From contig OZ024741.1 in assembly GCA_964016885.1 (NCBI GenBank), forward strand, positions 168,392,001-168,456,000: 64,000 nucleotides of DNA, given 5' to 3'. The translations under genes and the position numbers were made by a program. This DNA is from Eledone cirrhosa. Its lineage: Eukaryota. This document shows, piece after piece, positions 35,754 to 48,798 of the stretch. Numbering within the stretch: the stretch's first letter is position 1; each line of letters begins with the position of its first letter. Under the pieces are notes generated by a model, which saw only the letters and a list, made by a program, of their open reading frames with translations, had not been told where the DNA came from and ran no database searches.

Positions 35754-37567
35754 CCGTATATACTCGCGTATAGGTCGCACTTTTTAACGATAAATAAGTA
35801 TAAATTTTTGGGGCGCGACCTATCCGATCAACATCCGACTGATAGACTTAATCAACGATGGGCACGAAGCCACGAAGTTTGCTAGTTTGGGATGTTTCAA
35901 TCTCACTGCTGTGAGTCTGTAAAGGCTAAGCTGAAGGATTGTAAAACAAGACAAGCAGTGATTTGTGGTTGCACCTCAGTCTTACAACTCCTTGATGTGG
36001 CAGTAAATAAGCCCTTCAAGACTTATATCCGTAAACACTGGACTTCTTGGATGATATCAAGTGAAAAAGAAATTACCAAAGGTGGATCATTGAAAAGACC
36101 TGGCTTGAGATTAGTAGTGGAGTGGGTGAAGGAGGCTTGGGAAAGTATACCTGAAGAGCTAATAATGAAGGCTTTCAAAAAATGTGGCATATCAAATGCT
36201 ATGGACGGGACTGAAGATGATGTGTTATATAAGGATTTAGTTGGTGAAAAGACGGAAAATGCAGAGAGTGGTGAGGGAGATGATATTGAAGAATGTGAAG
36301 ATGAATTGAATGACTATTATAACGAATGCACAGTTACAGATGAAGAAATGAAAAAAACTATTAATTAACAGGTGTAAAAGTAATAACTTTATGGAGAAAC
36401 ACAAAAATTTAAACTTTATCTGCCTTACCTGTTAGATTTGTTGCGAAAAAAATTCAATAATGACCTAGATGTTGACTTCCATCAGTTCTAGTAGTTTTCC
36501 GAACAGGTGAATTAATTAAAAATGCAAATAATATATAATTTCATATATCTACCTTCTTATACATATATTTCTTGATTTTAATTTTTTTACTAAAACTTCG
36601 TAGTGTTTACGTTTTTTTCTATCTGACTGAACCATCCGTCATTAAAATCCATAGAAATGCATACCCGGTATTTAAATGTGATTTCATTGTCTTAGCTTTG
36701 CTATGAACACGTATTGTGATATATTTACTTTAACAGGAAACAGATTATTGCACGTGGCGTTTCTTTTCAAAATTAGCAAGTGAGAAATAATCAGTACAAA
36801 AATTAGCAAGTGAGATATAATCAGTACAAGGTTTTAGTTTTTCTCTACATTCCAGGCAAATATTTGCATTGAAAAAATGTATAAATCCTTTTCACCAGTC
36901 AAAATAATATTTGCAATATACTCTTACACAATGTATGGTGTAAATTTAGGTAACAGAATGTTCCCAATATATAAGTTCATTAACAGGTGTGAACATGTAT
37001 TGGTGTTGTATCTTTCAACCACGTTGCTGTAATATTTTCAATGGTGTCCGTCAGATCTTCGCTTTCACTTTCAAAGTAACTATCATCGTCAGAAATAAAT
37101 ACGTCTGATTCATTTGAAGATAAATCACTAATATTATCTTGTGTTTCTTTTTTATTTCCAATGTCGTCTAAAAGTCGGTATTCGCTACTTTGGGAAGCCA
37201 TGTTGATACGCTAAAAATCTGTTATACTTTCAACGTTAAAAAACACGTGTTATTTCAAGTTGTTTCACTATATTAAGAGTTAATTTTCGCGCTTAAAGGC
37301 TTTATCTCGCAGTAATCTCGAATTGACGAGATTTCGATGACGTTAATGTTTATTTTATAAATAAAACATGGTTTGGAGTATATATCGCAACGAGAAGTAA
37401 TGGAAAGCTAACAGATTATTAGTTTCAATTATCATAAAAAATAGTAGTTTGACGGCCCAAATTTCAGTACGATCTATCTACGAGTCAATGGCAAATAGCC
37501 TATTTGTTAAATGAAAAGTGGGTATGCGACCTATCTGCCGGGGCGACCTATACGCGAGTATATACGG
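35754..37567 (+). mobile_element. Tc1/mariner-superfamily pogo-like DNA transposon, internally deleted
   Basis: 25 bp perfect TIRs CCGTATATACTCGCGTATAGGTCGC / GCGACCTATACGCGAGTATATACGG flanked by TA on both sides, plus subterminal GCGACCTAT repeats. Confidence 0.92.
35892..36368 (+). pseudogene. C-terminal fragment of a pogo/POGK-like DDE transposase
   Basis: GCTSVLQLLDVAVNKPFK, TKGGSLKRP, WVKEAWESI, AFKKCGISNAMDGTEDD and an acidic tail. The N-terminal DNA-binding region is absent. Confidence 0.88.
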
Positions 37568-40108
37568 TAGTTGAAATAGTGTGTTTCACTAGAAATCATT
37601 ATCATACCCCTATACTATCATCACCACATTCATTTTTTCATGTTTCCATGGATTAGATGGGCAGTCATATACTGAGTCTAGACTGTTTTGCTTGTGAGTT
37701 CTGTTTTTAGCTTAGTTTCTATGGCTGGATGCTCTTCCTAGCACCAAACACTTTACAAAGTATACTGGAAGCATTATATCAGGACTCCAACATTACCACT
37801 TTACTATGTGGAATAGGTACTTTTTATCATAGCACCAGCACTAGTGTGTACTGGGTGCTTTTCTTTGTGGAACCAGCACTACCACCTTACAAGATTATAA
37901 CAGTCACAAAATGGATAAAACTATATAAAATATATTAGAGTTGGAAGGGGTGGATGGGTAATTCGATATGAATTGTGATAATAATAAAATAATCTCAAAA
38001 ACAGACGGCTTACGTCAGCACGGAAAAATAATTGGACTGAGAAAAATATATGAAATACTTATAAAAAAAAGGAAATAAAAGAATATTGTGACAATATATA
38101 TATGTGTGTGTGCATGTGCGTGTGTCTGTCTCTGTCTATATGTGTTTGTCTATGAGTGTGTGGTGGGGTGGGTGGGGTGCAAGAATGATGGATGCAAATT
38201 AGCCAATATTTTCACTATTCTTTACGTAAAAAAAAATTTCTGAAACAATTATAAGTCATTGAATGTATGTATGTCTGTGTGTGCATATGTGTGTGTGCAT
38301 GTATGTGTGAATATATGATTTTGTGTGTGTGTGTGTGTATGTGTTTGTGAGTGTGTATGTGTGTGTTTGTGTGTGTATGTGTGTGTTGGTGCTCCATCAG
38401 TTCTGATGATAAGTGTTTCAGGTATTAGAAATATGAAACAGTTTGCTTGTGAAATTAATATGCATGTGAGTGAGCAGTCCATAAACACATGTATACTTAA
38501 TGTAGGTTTCAAGAATATTCAGCATGCTACAGAGTGTGACAAGGCTGGCTTTTGAATTACAAGTACAATCTAACTTATATTATAGTGTAAGTGGCTGAGC
38601 ATTCTAAAAACATGTGCATCCTTAACACAGTTCTCTGATGGATTAAACATGACAAAGAGTGTGATGAAGTTGGACTTTTGAATTACTGGTACATCATGTT
38701 TTTTCCCAGCTGAGTGAATTTGAAGAACTTGAAATAAATTGTCATGAACATGGACACAGTGCACTGTTAGGAATCAAACTCATGAGCTTATGATTGTGAG
38801 TGGAACAATCATAAGCTCATTTGGAATTAAAATTTGCTCGTGCCTCACCAAATTTTATGTGATAAAAAGTACAATTAAAAAATAAAAAAACATTGACTAA
38901 TAGTGCATTAAATATAATATATAACATAAATAACTTATAATATGATTAAAGTACACAAATTTAATGAAAGGTATGAGCTTGTTTTTGACGAGTAATCTCC
39001 TTTATATTAGGTCTAATTTGCAAAAATATCAGAATGATAAAATCCGTCAATAATTATTTTTGACTAGTTATACTGGGTCTCATGCAATTACAAGTAATCC
39101 ATAATAATATTTTAAATTTTGAAATCATATTTATATTTTTGGCATATGAATTTTTAAAACTGTTTCTAAATCTTTGATTATCTTTCAATCATTCCACCTT
39201 ACCAGCAATCCTCTTCTGATGCACCTATGAGGCGTACCACACCGTTTGGGAACCACTGCCTTAACTACTAAGTTACATGCCCTCACTGACACTGGATATA
39301 AATCTGTTGCTAATACTTGAACCAATGAGCTAGTTTATATGTGGTCACTCTACCAGCTCAAAATAGCAACACAATCTTACTAAAGTTGCAACCAATGGAT
39401 TTCAAAAGAAGACATTGCATATATTGAAATGCCAAGAGTTACTTTCACAGGTTATATCTAAATCAATTTCCTGAGTAAACGATTTCAGATAACAGAGATA
39501 ATAGATTAGCTGCTTGTGGTTCCTAAACTGTGCAGCTCGGTGCATCAAGATGTAATTAAATGCTCGGTGAAAGTGCAAGATTCTATTTCAAAATGTACAA
39601 AATATAAATTGAAATTCGTAACAAAGTTCATATATGACTGTCAAAGTAGGAAACAACTAAACTAAGAATGTAAACATTACCAAAAAACACCAAACACAAG
39701 TTTCTCATAAACAGCTTTGCTCCATTTATTGACTAAAGAAGGAAGTACAAATAATATTTCTGTATCTTTTAATTATCTATATTTCCCCGTTATGTTATGC
39801 TAATATGTATTTACTCTTTTACTCTTTTACCTGTTCCAGCCATCCAGCTGAAGCCATGCTGAGGCATCGCCCTTGTATGAATATATTTTTTGAATATATT
39901 TTCCAATTTAGATACAAAGTGAACTAAAATATTTTTATTTGTTCTAAAGTCCACCATGAGTAAAAATGATTGTGGAAATTACTGGACTGGCATTCTTATA
40001 ATTCTAAAATTACAGAAACTGGACATGTGCAGAGATCATGTTTTGTTAGAAATATAATGAAAGATACTATTAAATAAACACAATGAATTCCATACACCTC
40101 AATATTAC

Positions 40109-40336
40109 TTTACACTTTAGTATTTAAACCGGCCGTATCTGGCCAGGAGTCTCTCACCACTTTCTGTTCAAACCGGCCATAACTGGCCACCCATACTGAT
40201 GTTGAGGTATTGTTATGAAAATAAATAATATCAAAATCTCATAGATTTGATTTTATGTAAGATATTATGTGAGATAAAGCCTTTACCATGAAAATACAAT
40301 AGTAAATATAGAGTCATGTAAATGGTAAAGGGTTAA
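40109..40336 (+). mobile_element. piggyBac-type MITE P1
   Basis: Homologous to the other P1 copies and ends AAAGGGTTAA. Confidence 0.8.
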
Positions 40337-40782
40337 TGTATTGTAAAAGTAAGAAACTTACTAGATAATACATAGGGTAGAATATGACATGGGGAAACTG
40401 ATAGTCAATAGGAGAGCTCATAGGAAAGCTTGATAATTTCAGTTGTAATATATATCTCCATCTTACTTATGAAATCTTTTATCTCATACCTTAACTACAT
40501 TGACGTTATATATTGATGAATAACCGGATGTATTTTCTGTATCAATTTATTCAGAGATCAAGTCAAATGAAAGCAAGATCACTGATGACAAGACATAGAT
40601 CCATAATGGTAAAGAATATGTATGTATATATATATATATATATATACTCATGCATACAAAGACACTAATGGTGGTTCACTACTAGAAGATTTGATGTTAA
40701 AATCATCTACTGTATGTAGAAGCTATAGTGCAACATTAACTGGAAGATATCATTGTGATATGTGTGTATGCACACACACACA

Positions 40783-40854
<72 letters not shown>

Positions 40855-40982
40855 TTTATATATATACATATATGTGTGTGTGCGTTTGTGTGAGTGTGTG
40901 CATGTATTTGCATGTGATATACTTTGAAACGAAAAGAGGATGATAAAGAAAGCCATGTAAATTAAACCTTTCTAGACCTCTA

Positions 40983-41157
40983 TAGAGGGTCGGACGCCAT
41001 GCTTTTCGCTTTGCAGCATAGTTACGTCCCTTTACGGTCTGAGTTCAAATCCCGTCGAGGTTAACTTTGCCTTTCATCCTTAAGGGGTCGATAAAATAAA
41101 GTACCAGTAATGCACTGGGATAATTGCTGGCCTTGTGCCAAAAGTAGAAACGATTAT
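40983..41157 (+). mobile_element. SINE family A (5'-truncated)
   Basis: Matches family A. Confidence 0.9.
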
Positions 41158-41163
41158 ATTATA

Positions 41164-41767
41164 CTAGCAGTGATACCCGGCGTTGCACGGGATAAGGTAT
41201 TTTGGAACGTGGGCCGCCAATAGACCTAAAAACTGCATGCCTGGACAATATGTAAAGAAAATAAACCGAATACTCTGATAGCTGGATAAATCTTTAAGAT
41301 TTTCCTTGATGAAGCAGGATAAATGCAGCTTTTCACCTAATGCGGGCCCTAGGGGATCAAGAAAATGAATTTTTTAATGTGCATAATATGCCTTGAAATT
41401 TCGGGAAAATCGGTTAGACGTAACGCCTCCAAAAAGCCCTAAGAAGCTGAAAAATTGAAGTTTTTCACCTAATGAGGGCCCTAGGCCATGAGAAAGTTGG
41501 ATTTTCTTTGCTTACGGTATGAAGAAGAGACTGACTAATACATAGTTACAATTTCAAGGAAATCGGTCTGACGTAACGCCTCAAAAAACCCCTAAAAATG
41601 TTAAACAACGCTGTTTTTCACCTAATGCGGGCCCTAGGAGATAAAAAAATTTATGTGCATAAAAAAAATTTATGTGCATAACACTTCCTGAAACATAAGT
41701 AATACACATGTAAAGTTTGAAAAAGATCGGTTGGGTACTTCTCGAGTTTTAGGGATTCAAACTCACA

Positions 41768-41831
<64 letters not shown>

Positions 41832-42128
41832 GACATCCTCAGGGAAGTGACGTAATGCAGACAGCCAGACATACAGACAGATATTATAAGGGCGCGACGT
41901 TATATGTATGTATCTATCTAAAAAGAGAAAGACTAAGAATTATAGAGCGAGATCGCTAAATGGCCTAATGTGGTCCCTGGGGCATAGAAAATTTGAAATT
42001 TTCTTTGCTCAGAACACTCTCTGAAACATAAGTATTACAGGTGTTAAGTTTGAAAACAGTCTGTTGGGTGGTTAGGGATTCAAACTCACACACACACAGA
42101 CAGACATCCTCAATTTTATATATATAGA
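41164..42128 (-). mobile_element. Non-autonomous Helitron with internal tandem units
   Basis: Minus strand begins TCTATATATA...(GTCT)n and ends with the GC hairpin CCCGTGCAACGCCGGG followed by CTAG. The motif TTTTCACCTAATGCGGGCCCTAGG recurs at about 41331, 41462 and 41614. Confidence 0.8.
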
Positions 42129-42885
42129 CTAGCAGAAAACCACCCGGTGGGCGGTTTTCTGCTAGCAAATCTAGTGTATATACTGATATTGTTGAGATTT
42201 GGATGAGAAATGTTTTCAGCACCACATGTTCACCGTCTCTCGGTATGTCTTTTATGCATGTATAAATATATATGTTATCTATACGGTGAAATCTTTGAAA
42301 TAAATATATGTTAAAACGAAAAAGGAGAAAAAGAGATTAGTGACGGAAATATAAACGTTATGATATAACGATGGAAATATATAAACGTTTACGATAAAAC
42401 GATGGAAATAGAAACGTTTATATATAATGATAAGCCGAAACACTCGTAAGCCGAAACCCTCGTAAGTCGAAACACTCGTAAAGCGAAACGTATAAATAAA
42501 GATTAATGTAATGAATTTGAAAAGCATAGAGATTTGAAACCGCGTCTATTTGTTTCCTTGGCATTTTTTACAGACGGACAGACAGACAAACAAACAGAGA
42601 AATGCCCATTATATATTATAAGTAGACTTGGCATGGTGTCAAGTCAGAACCGCCTCGAACTGGTTACTTCTGGCTTGTGCAAGGTGTCTCTATAGCAACC
42701 ATCGATTCCCTCGGCCTCAGTGACCAAAGTCAGTGGAGAGGGGAAGGTAATGTTTCTATAGCGACAGTGTTTCTCTTGGTAGTACCAAAGTGGAGAAAGG
42801 AAGGGGAAGGTAATATTTCTGTACCACCTACATTTGAGTTTTAGGGAAGGACAGACAGACAGACAAACAGAGAAATGCCCATATA
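42129..42885 (-). mobile_element. Additional tandem Helitron-like units
   Basis: CTAG-bounded palindrome at 42129-42165. Two (GACA)n-AGAGAAATGCCCAT ends at about 42570-42620 and 42850-42885. Confidence 0.6.
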
Positions 42886-42891
42886 TTTCTC

Positions 42892-42937
<46 letters not shown>

Positions 42938-42941
<4 letters not shown>

Positions 42942-43072
42942 GGACGTAAAATAAGAAAATTAAAAAAAAAGATTTAAAAAATTAAGTTACTTACTAAAAT
43001 TTTCACTCCAACTAATTAGTTTCTGCAATGGGATAAAGACAGTTACGTAATATAACCGTCGAGAATTCATTA
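42938..43072 (-). mobile_element. Truncated copy of the 2915-3130 hammerhead pseudo-LTR family
   Basis: Homologous to 2912-3041. It keeps GAAA-ctaattag-TT-ggagt but breaks off just before CTGATGA. Confidence 0.8.
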
Positions 43073-43099
43073 GAAATCTGATTAGAACAATTTAGAAAT

Positions 43100-44395
43100 C
43101 TGATGACACAACCAACCGAAAGCCTCAAACCAGGTTAGCTAGATGGTAGGCTATGTGGTGGTGAAATGAACAGGTAGATAGAGTCATAAAAACAAAAAGA
43201 GAAGCCTAAAAAAGCTGAATGGAAGGGGAATAACTAGAATAGAAACTAGGTGATTGGTATAATTAGCAAGGGGCGAGGCAGAAAAGATGTTTGCACATGC
43301 TCTATATCATAAGGATCAGAGGCATGAAGTGTTCTGGATTGTGAGACAGTGTGCTAGAGAAAGCAGAGGTGTATTTAGGAAAAAGGGAGTCCAAAATGAC
43401 AATGAAGCACTTGTTCTGTTTGGTGCTGGAAAGGAAGAGGCATGGAAGTTTTACTACAAGAGATTGCTGAATAAATGGGACAGTGAGGTTCTACTCCATA
43501 TAGACTCAACTGAGGGATCAGTCATAAAAGTTGACAATAGCAGGACAGACTTTGCAATTTAGATTATAATGGTAGGGAAAGCATCTTGACCATTTAGTAT
43601 AGTTACTCAGTTGCTAAAATCAGCTGACCTGCTAGGTTATGAGTTAGGCAGACGCATAAACATTCAAGAAGTACAGAATGGTATCATACCCAATGATTGG
43701 TGCAGTTATATCCTTGTGAACAGCTACTAGTGTAAGAGAAATGCATGAAAGAGAGGTAACTACAGAGGCATTAAGTTGATGGAATAGGTCATGTATCTTA
43801 CTGAAAGGGTTATAGCACAATTAGACTCAGTTAAATTAGATGAGATGCAGTTTGGCTTTGTGCCAAGTAGGAATATCACCAAAGCTTTGTTTCTAGTGAG
43901 ACAACTACAGGAGATGTACTTGTTGAAAGTAAGCCAGTGTACATGGCTTTTGTAAATCTGATGAAGGTGTTTTGAGAGAGTCACCCACTCTGGAATCTAG
44001 TGGGTACTAAAGAAATTAAGGGTAGATGAATGGTTCATGAGAGCCATATATGCCATATATAGAGGTGCAACCAGCAAAGTAAGTTGGCAATGAGTGCATT
44101 GCTGAATTTGAGGTGCAGGTGAGAGTATGTCAGGGCTCAGTCATTAGCCATTATGAAAGAGATTTAAATGGACTCAGCATGGGAACTCCTGTATGCTGAT
44201 GATCTAGACCTTATAGATGAATCTATGGGGGAGTTAGAGCTAAAATTCCAGGCATGAAAGAAAATCCTAGAATCCAAAGTCCTAAAAGTAAACTTAGCAA
44301 ATACTAAAGTCCTTTCAAGAAGGAAGGGGTACAGGAAGCTGATTCCATCAGGGAATTAGCCATACTTGATGTGTTAGAAAAGATGTGGGCAAACA
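43100..44395 (+). mobile_element. Old degenerate RTE LINE fragment (RT region)
   Basis: EVFWIVRQC, NYRGIKL, LDEMQFGFVP and WELLYADD are recognisable among many stops. Homologous to 8460-9730. Confidence 0.88.
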
Positions 44396-44630
44396 TTGAG
44401 CTTCATAACAATATTGCTAATTGAATTTCTGGGGTTCTTATCAATAATTTTCTGCACCTATTGTACAAATTTGGGTATTTTGATGGTATCAGGATGCTTA
44501 GCAGACCTTTTATGTTTGACCACTGCGGTAGAATCTTCATCAGCAGCTTCCAGCTTTTTGCAAACTCTGACAACAAACAACCCTGCAACTTTCAGGCAAT
44601 GAGCAATTTCTAAATCACTATGCTCTGTCT

Positions 44631-44854
44631 TTAACCCTTTAACATTTACATTACACTACATTTACTATTATATTTTCATGGTAAAGGCTTTACCTTATAT
44701 AATTATCTCACATAATATTAAATTAGATTTGATGTTATCTATCTTGAGAACAATATCTTAACATCAGTATGTGTGACCGGTTACAGCGGGATTGAACAGA
44801 AAGAGGTGAGAGAATTCTGGCCAGATACGACCGATTTAAATGTTAAAGGTTTAA
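44631..44854 (-). mobile_element. piggyBac-type MITE P1
   Basis: TTAACCCTTTAACATTTA...TAAATGTTAAAGGTTTAA. Confidence 0.82.
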
Positions 44855-45042
44855 GGCAATAATTACAGCATGCCTTTTCATTTGTTGAGTTAGTTTGATG
44901 TCTATTATCATTTATCTGAAAATAAATGATAATCAGAACAAATTAGAAAAAAGAGCCATTAAAAAACATATCCTTAATGAACTGAGCAACCTTAACTATC
45001 AAAGTAGACATTGATAAATGTGTTCACATACATACACACACG

Positions 45043-45082
<40 letters not shown>

Positions 45083-45225
45083 TTTATATACACACACTTA
45101 AATAAAAACAATGTGTGAAATCAATATTCTGGTCAATAAAATGTGTGTGAGTATATAAACATCACAGGAAATGTGAAAGAATATAGGTAATATGAAATTC
45201 TATCAATATGTGTTTTAATATTCAT

Positions 45226-45268
<43 letters not shown>

Positions 45269-45477
45269 CGTGGGAAAGTAAAAAATCGGAGAATAGACCG
45301 TTAAAACATGTTTATTTAAAATATCACCTAAGTACGTTTCGCCCAATATTAACACTTCGAATATTTAATACTGCCGGCACTAGTATCGAACACCTTTCAT
45401 ACGCTACTTGGCAAATAACTATATGTATCACCTATCCCCCCCCCCCCTTTTTTCTCTTTCTCGATACGTAAATACTA

Positions 45478-45517
<40 letters not shown>

Positions 45518-45520
45518 TTG

Positions 45521-46030
45521 TAAAGTAAGCTATTTTATTAATAAAAATTCTTTATGTAGCAACCATGTTTTACATGTTCATTCCTCAGCATTTTCTCCAC
45601 TGCTTAATTATGGGACAATATTTACCTGCTTCAAAAACACAAAGCAAGTCAACAACAATCACTAATACAAACTCTGCCACACACAAATGAACACAAGCCA
45701 ACCCATCAACCTCACGACACAACACAAAATTCAACTTCACTACATTTCCTTTTTATATATATATACGTACATATATTTATATGCGTATATATGTACCGAA
45801 AAAGGAAATGTAGTGAAGTTGAATTTTGTGTTGTGTAGTGAGGTTGATGGGTTGGCTTGTGTTCATTTGTGTGTGGCAGAGTTTGTATTAGTGATTGTTG
45901 TTGACTTGCTTTGTGTTTTTGAAGCAGGTAAATATTGTCCCATAAATAAGCAGTGGAGAAAATGCCGAGGAATGAACATGTAAAACATGGTTGCTACATA
46001 AAGAATTTTTATTAATAAAATAGTTTACTT
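45521..46030. repeat. Near-perfect ~233 bp inverted repeat around a 44 bp TA-rich spacer
   Basis: 45521-45753 is the reverse complement of 45798-46030 with only a few mismatches. Confidence 0.95.
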
Positions 46031-46479
46031 TGAAAAAATAACTTACTTTGAAGCTATTGTTAATAAGACAGGAAAACAACAAAGAACTGAGTGAATTGTG
46101 TGTTATGTTGGTTTGCATGAATGTAGTAGTAACCTAACCAGATGCATGAACTAACTTTTATCGAAGTAGTCCAACCCTGTCGACTGAGTTGGAGTGTTTG
46201 GTTGAATGCTACATCTCTCTACTGCTTGAGCAACTCAAAGTATTTCCTCATCTTCTGAGAAACCAGAGTGGAATGACTTAGAGATGAACATATCTCATTA
46301 ACTTCAAGTTTGCCAGACCACTGGCACCAACCCAAAATAAAGAGAAACAGCTCTACCATGTCACTTCGAGGTCAAGCTTTTGATGGCTGCTTAATTGACT
46401 GGCTAAAACCCTATTGCAGAGAGTATCAAATTACTGCTACATGGTCAAATTACTCTACAGGGTCCATGGAGGCTATGGG

Positions 46480-46965
46480 TTTGGCACAAGAAATGAAAGG
46501 TAAATCCGGTGAAATTGTGGAACTGTTATAAAGAGAAGTAGATGTATGCTGTATACAAGAAGTGAGATAGAGGGGTGCTTCTGTGAGACCAATGACAGGC
46601 AAACAACAGAGATAAAAACTTGGTATGAAATTAGGATATAGGCATCATACTAGCTGAGAAATAGGTAGATAAGGTAATAGAGGTAGTTAGATTAACAGAA
46701 TCATCAAGCTTAGAATAGCTGTAGGAAATAAAATGATGAAAATTACATCTTCCTATGCTCCAGTAAGTAAAGACCAAAAGGACAGGTTCTATGAGGAACG
46801 TTTACAGACAACTTCAGGTAATGATGAAAGAGACATCATCATCTTGGCAGGAGACTTCAGTGGACATGTGAGGTAGTACCAGGGCAGATTCTATGGAGTT
46901 CACAGCGGCTATGCTTATGGCTTAAGAAATGAAGTGGGATTGGGGTTGCTGGAATTCTGAAGGTG
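46480..46965 (+). mobile_element. Degenerate RTE APE-endonuclease fragment
   Basis: KGKSGEIVELL, VDVCCIQE, SSYAP and ILAGDF.GHV motifs. Homologous to 7531-8025. Confidence 0.8.
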
Positions 46966-47118
46966 GTGAGTGGTGACTTCAAAATCCTGAGATTCACAGA
47001 GGAGATGAAGAAGAAATGCAGTGGAGAGATGCTGTGCTGAGGACCCAGCCATGCAAGTGTGCAAAAAACAAATGTAAAAACGATGATGATGATATATATA
47101 TACATATATATATATATT

Positions 47119-47230
<112 letters not shown>

Positions 47231-47470
47231 TGTATGTATAGTATATTTGGCAATATACCATATATTTAATTTAAAACATTTAGAAGACCATACGCTATCG
47301 CTTTTAAAGTAGTGACTATGTCACTTACTTCTTTTCGGCAAAAGAAGGGACTGAAGCTGACACTCTATTTCATGCTGGTTGGCGTTCATCAGAGCCACGT
47401 ACTCATATATCATCATCATCATCATCATCATCATTATCATATACATATACATACACACATTTATAGACAT

Positions 47471-47662
47471 GGGGGTGGATTGGCAGTATCGGTAGAGGGT
47501 CGGACGCCATGCTTTGACGGATAGAGTTACGGCCCTTTCCATTCCGAGTTCAAATCCCGCCGAGGTTAACTTTGCCTTTCATCTTTACGAGGTCGATAAA
47601 ATAAAGTACCAGTAATGCACTGGATAATTGCTGGCCTTGAGCCAAAAGTAGAAACAATTATT
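47471..47662 (+). mobile_element. SINE family A, full length
   Basis: GGGGGTGGATTGGCAGTATCGG head, B-box and Meta-like core. Confidence 0.92.
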
Positions 47663-47858
47663 ATCATCCTCATGCAAATGAACATTAAATGTTGATATAT
47701 GCGTATGCAGGCATGTGTTTCAGCATGTGAGTTTATTTATATTGGTAAATTGAGATAAACTACAAAATAACAAAAAACTAACTGATGCAAAAATAATAAA
47801 AACACAAGTAATAACAATGATAATTATGATGATGATGATATTATTGTTGTTGTTATAG

Positions 47859-47891
<33 letters not shown>

Positions 47892-48057
47892 GCAGTAGTA
47901 GTAGTAGTAGTAGTAGTAAGAAGGAGAAGAAATGCTACAATGGAGGCTAAGAATTTCTATTTGAGCATGTTCAGTCAATTTTCTTGAGACAGTAAATTTT
48001 ACTGACTGTAGATTGATGAAGTTTATTATCTAGAACCAAAATCACGTGTATATATAC

Positions 48058-48131
<74 letters not shown>

Positions 48132-48262
48132 GATAAATCTACCAAGAGTTTACGGTAGTGTCCAATCCGTATGAAGAACTCAATGTAATCCGGATATCAT
48201 GGAAAGAAGAGATGCAATGAAAAATCACTTTCGGTGAAAGATAAACGGAATACAGAGTCAAG

Positions 48263-48688
48263 ATAAAATATTAAAAAAATAATGAATAAAACAATGAAAC
48301 AGTTCCTTATATTAAACAAAAAAAGTTCATTATTTAACGATCGTTTCTGGGATATATATGTGTTAGAATTGGCATGTATATTTAACAGATCTATGTACAA
48401 AATTATACAAAATTATACAAACTATCAAAATTAAATATACATACCAACTCATATATATGCCGTCTTCAGAAAAATTATTTCTGAAGACGGCATATATATG
48501 AGTTGGTATGTATATTTAATTTTGATAGTTTGTATAATTTTGTATAATTTTGTACATAGATCTGTTAAATATACATGCCAATTCTAACACATATATATCC
48601 CAGAAACGATCGTTAAATAATGAACTTTTTTTGTTTAATATAAGGAACTGTTTCATTGTTTTATTCATTATTTTTTTAATATTTTATA
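48263..48688. repeat. Essentially perfect ~210 bp-arm palindrome made of head-to-head hammerhead pseudo-LTRs
   Basis: 48263-48471 mirrors 48478-48688, which is why ORFs 48197(-) and 48550(+) share their first ~46 aa. Confidence 0.95.
48475..48620 (+). ncRNA. Type I hammerhead ribozyme with very long stem II (mirror copy on minus strand 48330-48474)
   Basis: ttattt-CTGAAGA-cggcatatatatgagttggtatgtatatttaa...ttaaatatacatgccaatt...catatatatccca-GAAA-cgatcg-TT-aaataa. Stem I is 6 bp and stem III is the palindrome cgatcg. Confidence 0.75.
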
Positions 48689-48798
48689 TATATATATATA
48701 CACACACACACAGTATATATACACTATATATATGTGTGTGTGTGTGCGTGTTCATATATATTTATATATATGATATAAATGTACATATGTAGATATAT

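Noticed and set aside
35892-36368. Domesticated POGK-like host gene
   Set aside because: It is an N-terminally truncated fragment enclosed by intact TIRs and a TA TSD, hence a deleted transposon.
43098-43125. CTGATGA-cacaaccaacc-GAAA
   Set aside because: No stem II or stem I pairing, so a chance match.
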